Both the position numbers and the translations under genes were made by a program. Of a stretch of DNA of 38,131 bases, positions 25,626-36,217 are shown in pieces. Numbering within the stretch: the stretch's first letter is position 1; each line of letters starts with the position of its first letter. Source of the stretch: Octopus bimaculoides. Lineage: Eukaryota. Where the stretch lies: assembly GCF_001194135.2 (NCBI RefSeq), contig NC_068981.1, positions 110,394,897 to 110,433,027 on the forward strand. Reading direction: 5' to 3'. The notes beneath the pieces were generated by a model. It was not told the DNA's origin and ran no database searches. It worked only from the letters and a program-made list of their open reading frames with translations.

Positions 25626-26185
25626 ACTCTTTAGTTATATGAATTTTTATGCATGTATGTGCATGTAATTGTGTATAAATGTGATCTGAGAAAAACAAAT
25701 TGGATATAAGAGTAGAAGAATCAAATGCCATGTGCAAGAGAAGTAACTTTGTTGATATAGATTTTTGATCCAAATGAAAGCTGATACCGGAATAAAGAAA
25801 TGTCAAGCAGCCAAGTGGAAGCAGCCTGCAGGAGAAAAGATACGAGAAGAAATAATGAAGATTGATCTCGGAATACTGAACCTCACAAAGAAGATGCAAA
25901 GGAACCAAAACAAATGGTGAACTATTATGCTGGAGAAAACCCATCCAACTTATGCAAGCTTGGAAAATAATAATAAAAGCAACATAGTATGCATTTGAAA
26001 ACAGTACAATTGAAAGGGATATTCATTGCTTTTCTTACTTTGGAAAGTGTTGTTTAGAATATCTTACGTATCTACATATTGAATACCTTATTAATCTAAT
26101 GTATCTATATATATTGCTTAAAAATATATTAGACATTTGTGAAATGCTGTTTTAACCTAATTAAATATTTCTGTACATATAGAAG

Positions 26186-27430
26186 CATCATCATCATTTA
26201 ACATCTGTCTTCCATGCTTGCATGGGTTGGACAGTTTGACAGTGAGCTGGAGGTTAGTTTTCAGCTCCTGTGTCTATTTAATATGGTTTCTGTGGCCGGA
26301 TACCCTTCCTCATGCCAAGCACCTTACAGAGTGTAGCAGGTGCTTGTTTCATAACACTAATACTAGTGAGACCACTGAGTAACTCATAAGACACAGGAAA
26401 AGACTATTCAACTGAATGGAGGTATAGTAAAAATGGAGGTGGTTCTATGCCAAATGTCGAGAGTATTATAGAGGGTAGGAACAAGTGATTTGTTATATAG
26501 GAGATACATGGCTTTCTTTCATTATATAAGGGTGAGTATTAGTAGCTGAAAAGAAGACAATGATAATTGTAATGAGTTATCAAAGCTTAGTCTCAAGATA
26601 CAAGAAGGTGAGTATAGTAGAATTGGGGCAAAAACTTGGGAAGGATGGATGGATAATTCCATTAAAGTATGAGAGGAGAGTGGCAGACAGTGACAGGTGT
26701 AGAGGGAAATATAGAGAATGGAATAAGGGTTGACAGTATGGTGGGGAGAAGGTGAAAAGTGGTAGTACAGGAAGCATAATAAACCTGTAGACAGAGTAGA
26801 GAATAGGGAGATGATGGGTAAACTGGGAGAGTAGGTGTAGGAGGAGAGAGATGTATAGTGACAGATGGTTAATTAGACATACATGAGTTACTATAGTGAG
26901 AGGGGGACAAATATGTGTGGAGGATGAGAATGATCGCAGATAAAGTGTATTAGAGATAAGGTATAAGATATGGTTGAGAGGAGAGGGAGAAATAACTAGA
27001 AGCATAGAAAGAGGTGATTGGTGGAAAGAGATAATATTGAGTTTGAGGGATGGATGTTAAAGATTCTAGGGAGAGATGGGATTACTGGCAACACAAAGGG
27101 GGATAAATTATGTGCAGATTTTGTTCTTATAGGGTTCCAGCAGCTGAATAGTGTCCTAGTTAGTAGAGTGGAGGAATGGGTGTTAGGAAGATGAGATTTC
27201 GGGAAGGCTTCATGAAGATAGATTGAGTGTAGGGACAGGGCCCAGTGAGTGTGTAGAAGTAAGCATAATGCTTTCAGGACCTCACTTTCATCAAGCCACA
27301 GGTCTTCTGGGTCACCAATCATCTCAGTTCTTTGTCATTTTCCCTGTTAGGTCAAGCATGAAAGCAACTTTCATTAGTTCATCCCATTGTCATCCTAGGT
27401 CCCCCTCTTCCGCAAATTCCATTCACATTT
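26186..27430 (-). mobile_element. Old RTE-type LINE 3' end with long CT-rich 3' UTR
   Basis: The minus strand near 27410 encodes VNGICGRGGPRMT (RTE GRGRPRKT). A pyrimidine-rich UTR follows, then the tail tttaacatctgtcttccatgcttgcatgggttggac with (ATC)n at 26186. Confidence 0.6.
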
Positions 27431-27630
27431 AGAGATCATCACTCTTTATATATATAACTGTTCTCAAACATGTGCATCATATGATTATATTAGTACAGTC
27501 TTCACAATGTATCTGATTCTTCTAATGCTCAATGTATTTACTCTACTACACTACAGAGATATAGATATACACTCACTCATGCACACACATAATTTTGAGT
27601 AGTTTGTTTTTCAAGTTCTATATTATACTA

Positions 27631-27682
<52 letters not shown>

Positions 27683-27683
<1 letters not shown>

Positions 27684-28831
27684 AGAAGAAGAAATGGAGC
27701 AAAACGCATATAAACAATAATTTCCTTTAATTCCTACATATGTTTCAAAATATATGTGCACTCTACTCCAAAGAAGAAAGAGGTGCTGGAATTGCACATA
27801 TATTCATCATCAGGGAACCAACATACAGAAGCAAGACATATGCGAAATGTTAAGGTTACATATGAGTTATAACATTATATAGCTAAGTAAGTGACCGTTA
27901 GAAACAAGAACGCTGGTTTACATAGAGTTATTACGGGAGAGAGGCTGTGAACGCTATACTAAAGGTTTAAATTAAAGGATTAAAATAGGGGAAGGCATAA
28001 TAGATCACAGTAAAATCCAGAAAACAAAAGTTCGAAAAAAGTTCGGAGCTTAAACAAGAGGTGGAGGAAGGGAGCGAATCCAATGAATTCATCTTATATA
28101 ATTATTTCTCCTTATGAAAATAAATAACCTTACTGATTTGAAGGCAAGCAAAGAATGTAAATATAATAAATAAAACATCATAGCCTTGTAATATATTAAT
28201 ATATGGATATTAACGCAAATTAATGGTAATACAAGGTGCAAGATATTTTGTTGTGAAATAATAATATACATGCTTACAAGGAGAAGATCGGGTATATTTA
28301 ATTAAAGTTACTAATGGTCCAAACACAACTAATGTAGCATAACTGGGAAGGATTTGCTTAACCAACTATAGAAGGGGAAATGGAGACAGAAATAAATATT
28401 ATTTAAGATAATGTTAAAAGAAATTATTCCAGAAGACATTTGGTGAAACAATAAAAATAATAATAATAATACCTAATAACTAAACCTAGTAAGAAGGATG
28501 AAATTAACGATAATAAATGAAGGTATGTTTCTGCCAGTGCTTACATCGATACGCTCTGTGTTATCTGGTTTACTAGATGATTCTTGGAGAACAGAATATG
28601 GAAAAGCTCCAAGTTACAAAGAGGACAAAAATCCTTACCTTTGTCATAGGGAATTGAGGTAGCCAGTATTCACCATTCCTAAGAGAATTGTTTATTGCAA
28701 TCCTTAAGTCTCCAGATAAATTTACTTAGGCCGGTGCTATTAGCTTTATTCCTATCCCTAAAAGAAGAATAATGGTATGATATTCTCTTGGAGACCTGCG
28801 TCGATGAGCTACCTACATAAAACGAGACGTC
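27683..28831 (-). mobile_element. Penelope-like element copy A: 3' part (GIY-YIG endonuclease C-terminal half, 3' region, pLTR), flanked by (TA)n on both sides
   Basis: Minus strand from 28831: DVSFYVGSSSTQVSKRISYHYSSFRDRNKANSTGLSKFIWRLKD...CPLCNLELFHIL, with stops. Highly similar to 37828-38110. The terminal 27683-27830 matches the pLTR at 36120-36260. Confidence 0.9.
27727..27821 (-). ncRNA. Type I hammerhead ribozyme (minimal, palindromic stem III) in the PLE pLTR
   Basis: Minus strand: UUGGUUCC-CUGAUGA-UGAAUAUAUGUGCA...UGCACAUAUAUUUU-GAAA-CAUAUG-UA/GGAAUUAA. Core, stem I, stem II and a GUA cleavage triplet are all present. Confidence 0.8.
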
Positions 28832-28844
28832 TATATATATATAT

Positions 28845-29198
28845 AAAGTGAAATCGTGATGGCACCTGTGCCCAGCGTCACCTTCCTGGCACGTGTAAAG
28901 ACATTCGAGCGAAATTGTTGCCAGTGCCGCTGGACTGGCTCCTGTGCAGGTGGCACATAAAGTACACCATTTTGAGCATGGCCGTTGCCAGTACTGCCTG
29001 ACTGGCCTTCATACCAGTGGCACGTAAAAGCACCCACTACACTCTCGGAGTGGTTGGCGTTAGGAAGGGCATCCAGCTGTAGAAACTTTGCTAAATCAGA
29101 TTGGAGCCTGGTGTAGCCATCTGGTTCACCAGTCCTCAGTCAAATCGTCCAACCCATGCTAGCATGGAAAGCGGACGTTAAACGATGATGATGATGAT
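28845..29198 (+). mobile_element. Young RTE 3' UTR fragment with (GAT)n tail, inserted at a (TA)n tract
   Basis: Near-identical to the reverse complement of 29418-29720 and 30050-30075. Confidence 0.9.
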
Positions 29199-29280
29199 AT
29201 ATATATGTATATAGATATAGATAACATTTATAATTATATTTTTTAAAGTCAAAATGATACAGTTTATGAAAATAAAACAG

Positions 29281-29417
29281 GTTGATAGTTTTACCTGGTA
29301 TTTCAGAGTTAGGACCCCTCTCTCAGGAAATCTTTAGAGAAAAATTGGTATTTACTGACTGCCTGAGGATGAAGATCCTAACTCTGAAATATTGAAATAC
29401 CAGGTAAATCTATCAAC
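29281..29417. repeat. Small palindromic (MITE-like) element
   Basis: gttgatagttttacctggtatttcagagttagga pairs with tcctaactctgaaatattgaaataccaggtaaatctatcaac (7-nt indel). Confidence 0.8.
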
Positions 29418-30503
29418 GTCATTATCATCATCGTCGTTTAACGTCCGCTTTCCATGCTAGCATGGGTTGGACGATTTGACTGAGGACTGGTGGACCAGGA
29501 GGCGACACCAGGCTCCAATCTGATTTGGCAGAGTTTCTACAGCTGGATGCCCTTCCTAACGCCAACCACTCTGAGAGTGTAGTGGGTGTTTTTACATGCC
29601 ACCAGCACGAGGGCCAGTCAGGCGGTACTGGTGACAGCCACGCTCGAAATGGTGTATTTTACGTTCCACCTGCACAGGAGCCAGTCCATCGGCACTGGCA
29701 ACGATCTCGCTCGAATGTCTTACTGGCAACAGCCACGCTCGAAATGGTGTATTTTATGTGTCACCTGCACAGGAGCCAGTCCATCGGCACTGGCAACAAT
29801 CTCGCTTGAATGTCTTTTCACGTGCCAGGGAGGCGACGTTGGTAATGATCAACGGCCATGCTCGAAATGGTGTATTTTACGTGTCACCTGCACAGGGGCC
29901 AGTCCATCGGCACTGGCAATAATCTCGCTCGAATGTCTTTTCACGTGTCAGGAAGGCGACATTGGTAACAATCACGCTGGTGCTATTTACGTGCCAGCGG
30001 TACGGAAGCCAGACAGCTTCTCTGGCAACGATCGCTCTTAGTGCTCCACTGGTACAGGTGCCATCACGATTTTGCTTTCGCTTGCCCCAACAGGTCTTCG
30101 CAAGCCGAGTTTAGTGTTCCTACAAATTTAGTTCGATTTCACTTGCCTCACCATGTCTTCGCAAGCGGAGTTTAGTGTCCAATGAAGGAATGTTACGCAT
30201 AAATTGGCTGGCTACGTCCCTGGCAGAGGCCTTGGATTTTGGTCTCACTTGGCTTGCCGGGTCTTCTCATGCACAGCATATTTCCAAAAGTCTTGGTCAG
30301 AAGTCATTGCCTCGGTGAGGCCTAATGTTTGGAGGTTGTGCTTCACCACCTCATCCCAGGTCTTCCTAGGCCTGCCTCTTCCATGGGTTCCCTCAACCGC
30401 TAGGGTGTGGCACTTTTTCACACAGCTATCCGCATCCATTCTCGCCACGTGTCCATACCAGCGCAATCGTCTCTCTTGCACAACACAACTGATGCTTCTT
30501 GAG
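29418..30503 (-). mobile_element. Young 5'-truncated RTE LINE (ORF C-terminus plus 3' UTR with internal tandem repeats)
   Basis: ORF 30245-30481 QERRLRWYGHVARM...GRGRPRKTWDEVVK. The UTR has three copies of an ~85-bp module starting at 29639, 29734 and 29857. (ATC)n tail at 29418. Confidence 0.92.
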
Positions 30504-30505
30504 AG

Positions 30506-30838
30506 ACAACTAGTTCAGGAGCATCCAACAACACAAATGTGTCTCTTCAGGTGATAAATAGATATAAACATGTTTTATTTTTATAGCTTGCATTGTTTAA
30601 AAAATATAACCATAACCATTTATATATCATTATCATTATATATATATCTTCGAAACGTCGAGTTAGAATAGAGGCAGCTGATGAATAATTCTAAGTGGCT
30701 TTCTGTTTTCCTATGTGTTCGTTCCATTGTCTGTAGTTCATTGTTCTAACATCCTGTACCCTGATATGCATCTATATACACATGCAGATGAAAGTATATA
30801 CATATATGTGTGTATACATGCATATATATTTTTTGTAT

Positions 30839-30878
<40 letters not shown>

Positions 30879-31083
30879 CAATATTTCATGAAAACTATAC
30901 TACTGTTATATATATATATATATATTTGGTTAATGATTGATGGAAGATACGGGAATTTTTATTAATCACTATAATTGTTTTGATCCATCTAGCATTGATC
31001 CTTCATGGGTGGGATACTTAACAACTGGTTCAGGAGCATCCAACAATGCAAATGTGTCTCTTCAGGTGATAAATAGATATAAA
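30506..31083 (+). repeat. 63-bp direct repeat (30506-30568 and 31021-31083) flanking an AT-microsatellite-rich insert
   Basis: 60/63 identical by manual comparison. Confidence 0.88.
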
Positions 31084-31759
31084 TCATTAAAATAATAGTT
31101 CCACAATGTATCTTTGCTTGTGTAAAGAAATGCAGCAAATTAAAGGATATAGCTTCATTTATATAGAAGATCAATAATAAAATAACAGAGGCAAAAAAGA
31201 AATGAACACTCAATACAATGAAAAAAGTATTAAATATAACTTGATATGGATACATAAATGCCCTCACATAGGTTGTATGGCTCATGTACACTCACTCATA
31301 GAAACATCCATGAAGATGTAAGCATACGCACACGTGTGGTTTGGTGCACATACGTGCATATAACAAGTTAAATAGCTACTTGGTGTTTATAAGAATGGGG
31401 AGGTTACATCTAAATTTAATTCATCCATACCTTAAAATAAATTATGTTAACAGTTACTCAAATCCATTCCCACTGCATTGTGTGAAAGTACATTTATATA
31501 CATGTAAGCATCTTGAGAGTCTTTCAGAAATTCTATTAATGATCTGCTCATTGGTCCACAGAATAGACAAGGATTCCTTGGAACAGAGTCTGCATCTCCT
31601 GGAAATGATATTATATGGTTTTGCATGCCTTACTATTGACCAAGTTATGTTATACTTAATTTTATCTTCCTTAAGTCACCAAATAGTAGAAATGATTGAT
31701 ATAGCTAACATGGTAACAACATCTCTCATTGACCAAATACATAACAAACACTGGAAGTG

Positions 31760-32480
31760 ACCGTGCTTTACCAGTAAGCTACCAGGTATAAACCATTCAT
31801 TAGGACTAGGTGGGAGTAGTTGGGAAGATGATAGAAATGTTGGTGATGAGATGTCAGAGCATACTGTCAAGGTGAAAGGTGAGTATAAGAATATGAACTG
31901 AAGATGAAAAGTGTGGGTGGATAAGTTCACAGAAGAGTAACAGGTAAGGTATTGATTGGAGTAGAGGTTAATGCTAGTGGATGATGTACAAAGGTGGAGG
32001 GGTTGTCAATGGTAAATATCAGTATGAGGGAGGAGGTAAAAGAAAGAGTTCAGGAAAGAGGTGATAAGTGGCAATACAGGAAATGGGTAGAGAGCAGCAA
32101 TATGATAAACCTATAAATAGATGAGAAAATGGGTGGGGTGAGAGAGAGAGATGAAAGGTCAGAGGCACATAGTGAGTGGGGACAAAGGTGGTGGGGAGCA
32201 TTAACAGCTAGCATCTGGGTGCATTGAGAATGATAGCAGATGTGAGAATGTATCAGAGATGAGATATGTCAGTTCTAAGATGTAGCTCAGAGGAAAGATA
32301 ACTGTGGGTGTGAAAAATAAAGTGGAAAGGGATGATATCGAAGATGAGAAGTAACTAGTACCACAAATGGGAAGAATATGTACAGACTCTGCTTTCATAT
32401 GATTACAGCAGCTGAATAGTGCTATAGTTAGAAGAGTGAAAGAGGGATGTGTGTCAGATGAAATATGGAGGTAGACCACA
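31760..32480 (-). mobile_element. Old purine-rich (+ strand) repeat, related to the CT-rich RTE 3' UTR
   Basis: Shares cagcagctgaatagtg.tagttag.agagtg (32406-32440) with 27138-27170. Confidence 0.45.
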
Positions 32481-32514
32481 TTTCAGCTAAGTTTTCTGAT
32501 TCGTTCACCAGCAA

Positions 32515-33440
32515 AACTAGTAAGATGGAAGGCTCAGAGAATGATATGATGCAAATGCAGAAAGGTCGGAACACTGAAACATATTCTTTCCAGCTGTTCA
32601 CAATCATTGAATAGGTATACATGGAGACACAACCTAGTCCTAAAGGTTATCTTCAATCCTATAAAGAACCAAATTGATCTCAACAACAGTGAAAAAAAAA
32701 CGTTGAAATTACCAGCTAGAGATTTCATATCCGTTTCAAGAAGAAACTTCCTGTGAGCAATGAAAAGTGGGATGGCTATTGGGAGGTGGCTGCAAATTTA
32801 CCAGGTACCAGGGACTCTTTCCCATCCTGGTTACAAAAAAACCGGACATCTTAATGTGGTGTGAAAGAAAGTGGTGAATCCAGTTGAGGTAATGGTTCCT
32901 CATGAAGATAACATGGACGCCACTCGGGCTTGAAAGATTGACCGTTATGTAAACCTCCTTGAGGAATGTGAAGATGCAGGCTGGAAAGCGGAGCATTTTC
33001 CAATCGAAGTTGGATGTAGAGGATTTGTTGGACACAATGTGAGGCAACTGTTGTTATTGTTAGGCCTAACTCATCGTAAAGTAAATACCACCATGACCAA
33101 TATCCAAACTACAGTGAAAAAGGCTAGCCACTGGATTTGGTCAAAAAGAGACAATGAGCAATGGCTAGAAGAATATTGAGCTATATTTGATAACCAGTTG
33201 ATCTTGCAAGTGGGGCCTCATATCAGTGAGGGGGGGGGGGGGCTGGTGTGCAAAGATGCCATTGAGAGGTAGGTCCTGAAACAGCACGCATTCTTTCCTA
33301 ATGACCCCATACACTTGCTGGCTTCCGGTATGTGGAACTTTCAACTGGTAGCACTTGCATGTGCAAGTTGTTTGCAATACATCTAAGAGGTAGGGAAAAC
33401 TTATTGGGATAGACTGGGTGCAGAGCAGGGTCTGGTGAGT
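32515..33440 (+). mobile_element. HERO-like (R2/NeSL group) non-LTR retrotransposon 3' end: zinc knuckle plus restriction-like endonuclease, decayed
   Basis: Joined + strand frames read CKCRKVGTLKHILSSCSQSLNRYTWRHNLVL, PDILMW and VEVMVPHEDN...KIDRY...AGWKAEHFPIEVGCRGF...ASHWIWSKR, ending at TGA 33177-33179. Not in the ORF track. The 3' UTR end is approximate. Confidence 0.85.
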
Positions 33441-33790
33441 GGATAGACCCAAACCTTATGCTTGTAAGACCTCACTTTCAGCATGTTGGTTGGGTCTTAT
33501 CAAACACAAGGAAATGCCAATCATTTCAGTCCTTTGAAAGCATAAGTCACTGCTCATCATTATCTAACCTCATCTGGAGGCTAAAATGGAATGGAGTGGG
33601 ACATACTGCTAACTGGTCTATAATAAAAAGCACAAGACCATATGATAAAATATCACAGGTATGTAACTTATGCCAAGAGGAAACTCTGGAGATCATTACA
33701 TTCAGGAACCACATAATTAATAGGCGTCCAGAAATAATTGCATCATGCAAACATAAGATCATAGCATCCTTCCCAGGATTTGACTGAAAC
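33440..33790 (+). mobile_element. Penelope-like element fragment C (GIY-YIG C-terminal half), a more divergent family
   Basis: HVG...SSLSNLIWRLK...WSIIKSTRPYDKISQVCNLCQEE...INRRPEIIASCKHK follows the same motif series as copies A and B. Confidence 0.8.
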
Positions 33791-34097
33791 AGGGAAACAC
33801 TAACCATTATTAACATCTAACTGAACAATAGAAGGACCTTGTAAATGAGCTAAATAATGGTGCACATCCATTCCTTTCTACAATGAAAACAATATGCAAA
33901 ATATGGTAAGTGCTTGATATTACAAAACTGAGCATACTTGGCAATCAATAGTTCCTGAACCTACTGGATTCATGCAAGCACGAGCAACATCAAAGAACTA
34001 ATTGTACCACCAGAAGTAATTAACATAACCCTTTAAGGGAACGACACTTCTCAACTCAGACTTAAGGATATCAGGCAATTCCTGATTTGTGACTCGT

Positions 34098-34345
34098 TTA
34101 CTTGTTTACTTGTTTCACTCATTTGACTGTGGCCATGCTGGAGCACCACCTTTAGTCGAGCAAGTCAACCCCAGGACTTATTCTTTGTAAACCTAGTACT
34201 TATTCTATCAGTCTCTTTTGCCGAACCGCTAAGTTACTGGGATATAAACACACCAGCATCGGTTGTCAAGCAATGTTGGGGGGACAAACACAGACACACA
34301 AACATATACACACACATACATATATATACATACATATGATGGGCT
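34098..34345 (-). mobile_element. SINE family 1, 3' portion
   Basis: ttacttgtttcactcatttgactgtggccatgctggagcacc...gggcttctttcagtttcc, as in 15685-15935. Confidence 0.8.
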
Positions 34346-34799
34346 TCTTTCAGTTTCCAGTTTCCAGTTCTATGTATTTTTGTTCATAAAGATGTTTGCC
34401 ATCAGTCCACAGATATTATTTTAGATGAATCATACCTTTAACTTGAATGATTAGCGCTTACATTTCTTTTATTGTACTAACGAGAGCTTTCCTTCAAGTA
34501 CTGATATTTTTATTATTTATTTAGTAAGATATGTTATTTGAATTCTTATTTTTTCAGAGACCTGAGGAGTGACCATATTTTGAGTAGAATATAATCGTGA
34601 TCAATTTATTTTGAATTGTACTGGTTTTTCTACTAAGCTGAATTAAATTTTTAGTCTAGTATTTTATAGATTTTAATGGATTTTTTACTTTTCTTTTAGA
34701 TTTGATAGATTTTTAAATTAGTATTTTGTAGAGTATGCTTTTCTGGATGGTGATTAGTCCCCTTCATTGTTTGAATTGTATATCGGTGGTTCTTCTCTA

Positions 34800-34847
<48 letters not shown>

Positions 34848-35287
34848 NNNNNNNNNNATTAAAATATCTACCAAATATATTGGTAAAATATTGTAACTGT
34901 TATCAAAGTAGCAAAATTCTCACTTGAAAAGTTGTTTATACTTTGTTGAATATAATGACTTTCGTATAGGTGATACAATTTTGGGTGTATATCAATTTAA
35001 ATAAGAGCCATGACGCAATCCTATATTAATAAAACTTGTTTATTATCCTATGCACATTTCAATGCAAGATCCCGACTCACTTTTGTCTGAGATAAGAAAA
35101 TAGGGCCTTGCATCTTTTCAGGGCCAAGTTACATTAATTCACAGCAGACAACAGACATTATTAGTGGTACTTAAATTACATGCATATAAAAATTTATAAT
35201 CAGGTTGCAACGACATGAACATATTGAAACTGCCTGCAATATCGGTTAAGAAGACCGTTATATAGTAAAGTAACTAAGTAGAGTTGT

Positions 35288-35945
35288 TAACCTAGGATAT
35301 TAAGTAGCGACAAGCATACAACGCTGTATATTCAATAAAAATCATTAGAGGTTTCAAAAGAAAGTAAATAAAAGGAAGTAAGAAAAATTATTAATAGAAA
35401 AACAAATAGAAATTGATGGTCAAAGAGAGGTAAATCTAGCAAAAAATATTATTGATCTACATAATTCACTCCATTGTGATTAATCATATCAAATAATTAT
35501 ATTTATTTTAAAGTTTAGAATAAATTATGAGACTTGATTTAAGGATATGTAAACAAGATAAATTAGAAAATATAAATTATAAATTATAAAATAAAATAAA
35601 TTAGGTCACATTCAAATTGCAATCATCAAAAATTTAAATATACATTACATTAGTTTAGAAGTGGAATTGAAATACAATATTAATGAATGAAGGGATTTAA
35701 CTGATAACGTAAACAGTAAACAATTATTGCGATACCGTCAATACTAAATTACATAGAATTATAAATGATAAATCAAGTAACTAAGAACAAAACTTATAAG
35801 TGTAAATGTAGAAAAGGGTTATATGAAAATAAGCCTAATCCATGTTAAATAAATATCATTATATGGATTTAAACTAACCCCACCAAGGTAGATTTCTAAC
35901 TAAAATAACCTAGGATATTAAGTAGCGACATGCATACGACGCTGT
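35288..35945 (+). repeat. 40-bp direct repeat (35288-35327 and 35906-35945)
   Basis: taacctaggatattaagtagcgaca.gcatac.acgctgt, with 2 mismatches. Confidence 0.8.
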
Positions 35946-35970
35946 TTCATCAAATACCAGAATGTTAGAG

Positions 35971-36027
<57 letters not shown>

Positions 36028-36124
36028 TAATAACAATAAATGGAGCAAAACGCATATAAATAAAAGTTCCTTTAATTCCTACATATGTTTCAAAATATAT
36101 ATGTACTCTACTCCAAAGAGTATG

Positions 36125-36217
36125 TTGGTTCCCTGACGATGAATATATGTGGAATTCCAAAAGCTCTTACTTCTTTGGAGTAGAGTACACATATATTTTG
36201 AAACATGTAGGAATTAA
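36125..36217 (+). ncRNA. Type I hammerhead ribozyme (minimal, palindromic stem III) in the PLE pLTR
   Basis: Stem I 36125-36132 pairs with 36210-36217. CUGACGA at 36133-36139. Stem II 36141-36151 pairs with 36188-36198. GAAA at 36200-36203, ACAUGU at 36203-36208. Predicted cleavage after GUA, between 36209 and 36210. Confidence 0.82.

Noticed and set aside
29281-29417. ctgagga...gaaa inside the small palindrome as a hammerhead
   Set aside because: No valid stem III/NUH followed by a stem I partner.
29639-29990. Repeat-spacer pattern resembling a CRISPR array
   Set aside because: Units are about 85 bp, spacing is irregular, spacers are related to each other, the context is a eukaryotic LINE UTR, and there are no cas genes.
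30645-30700. Hammerhead-like words gaaacgtc and ctgatga
   Set aside because: They are in the wrong order for type I, and stems I and II cannot be formed for a permuted type. At best a decayed PLE terminus.
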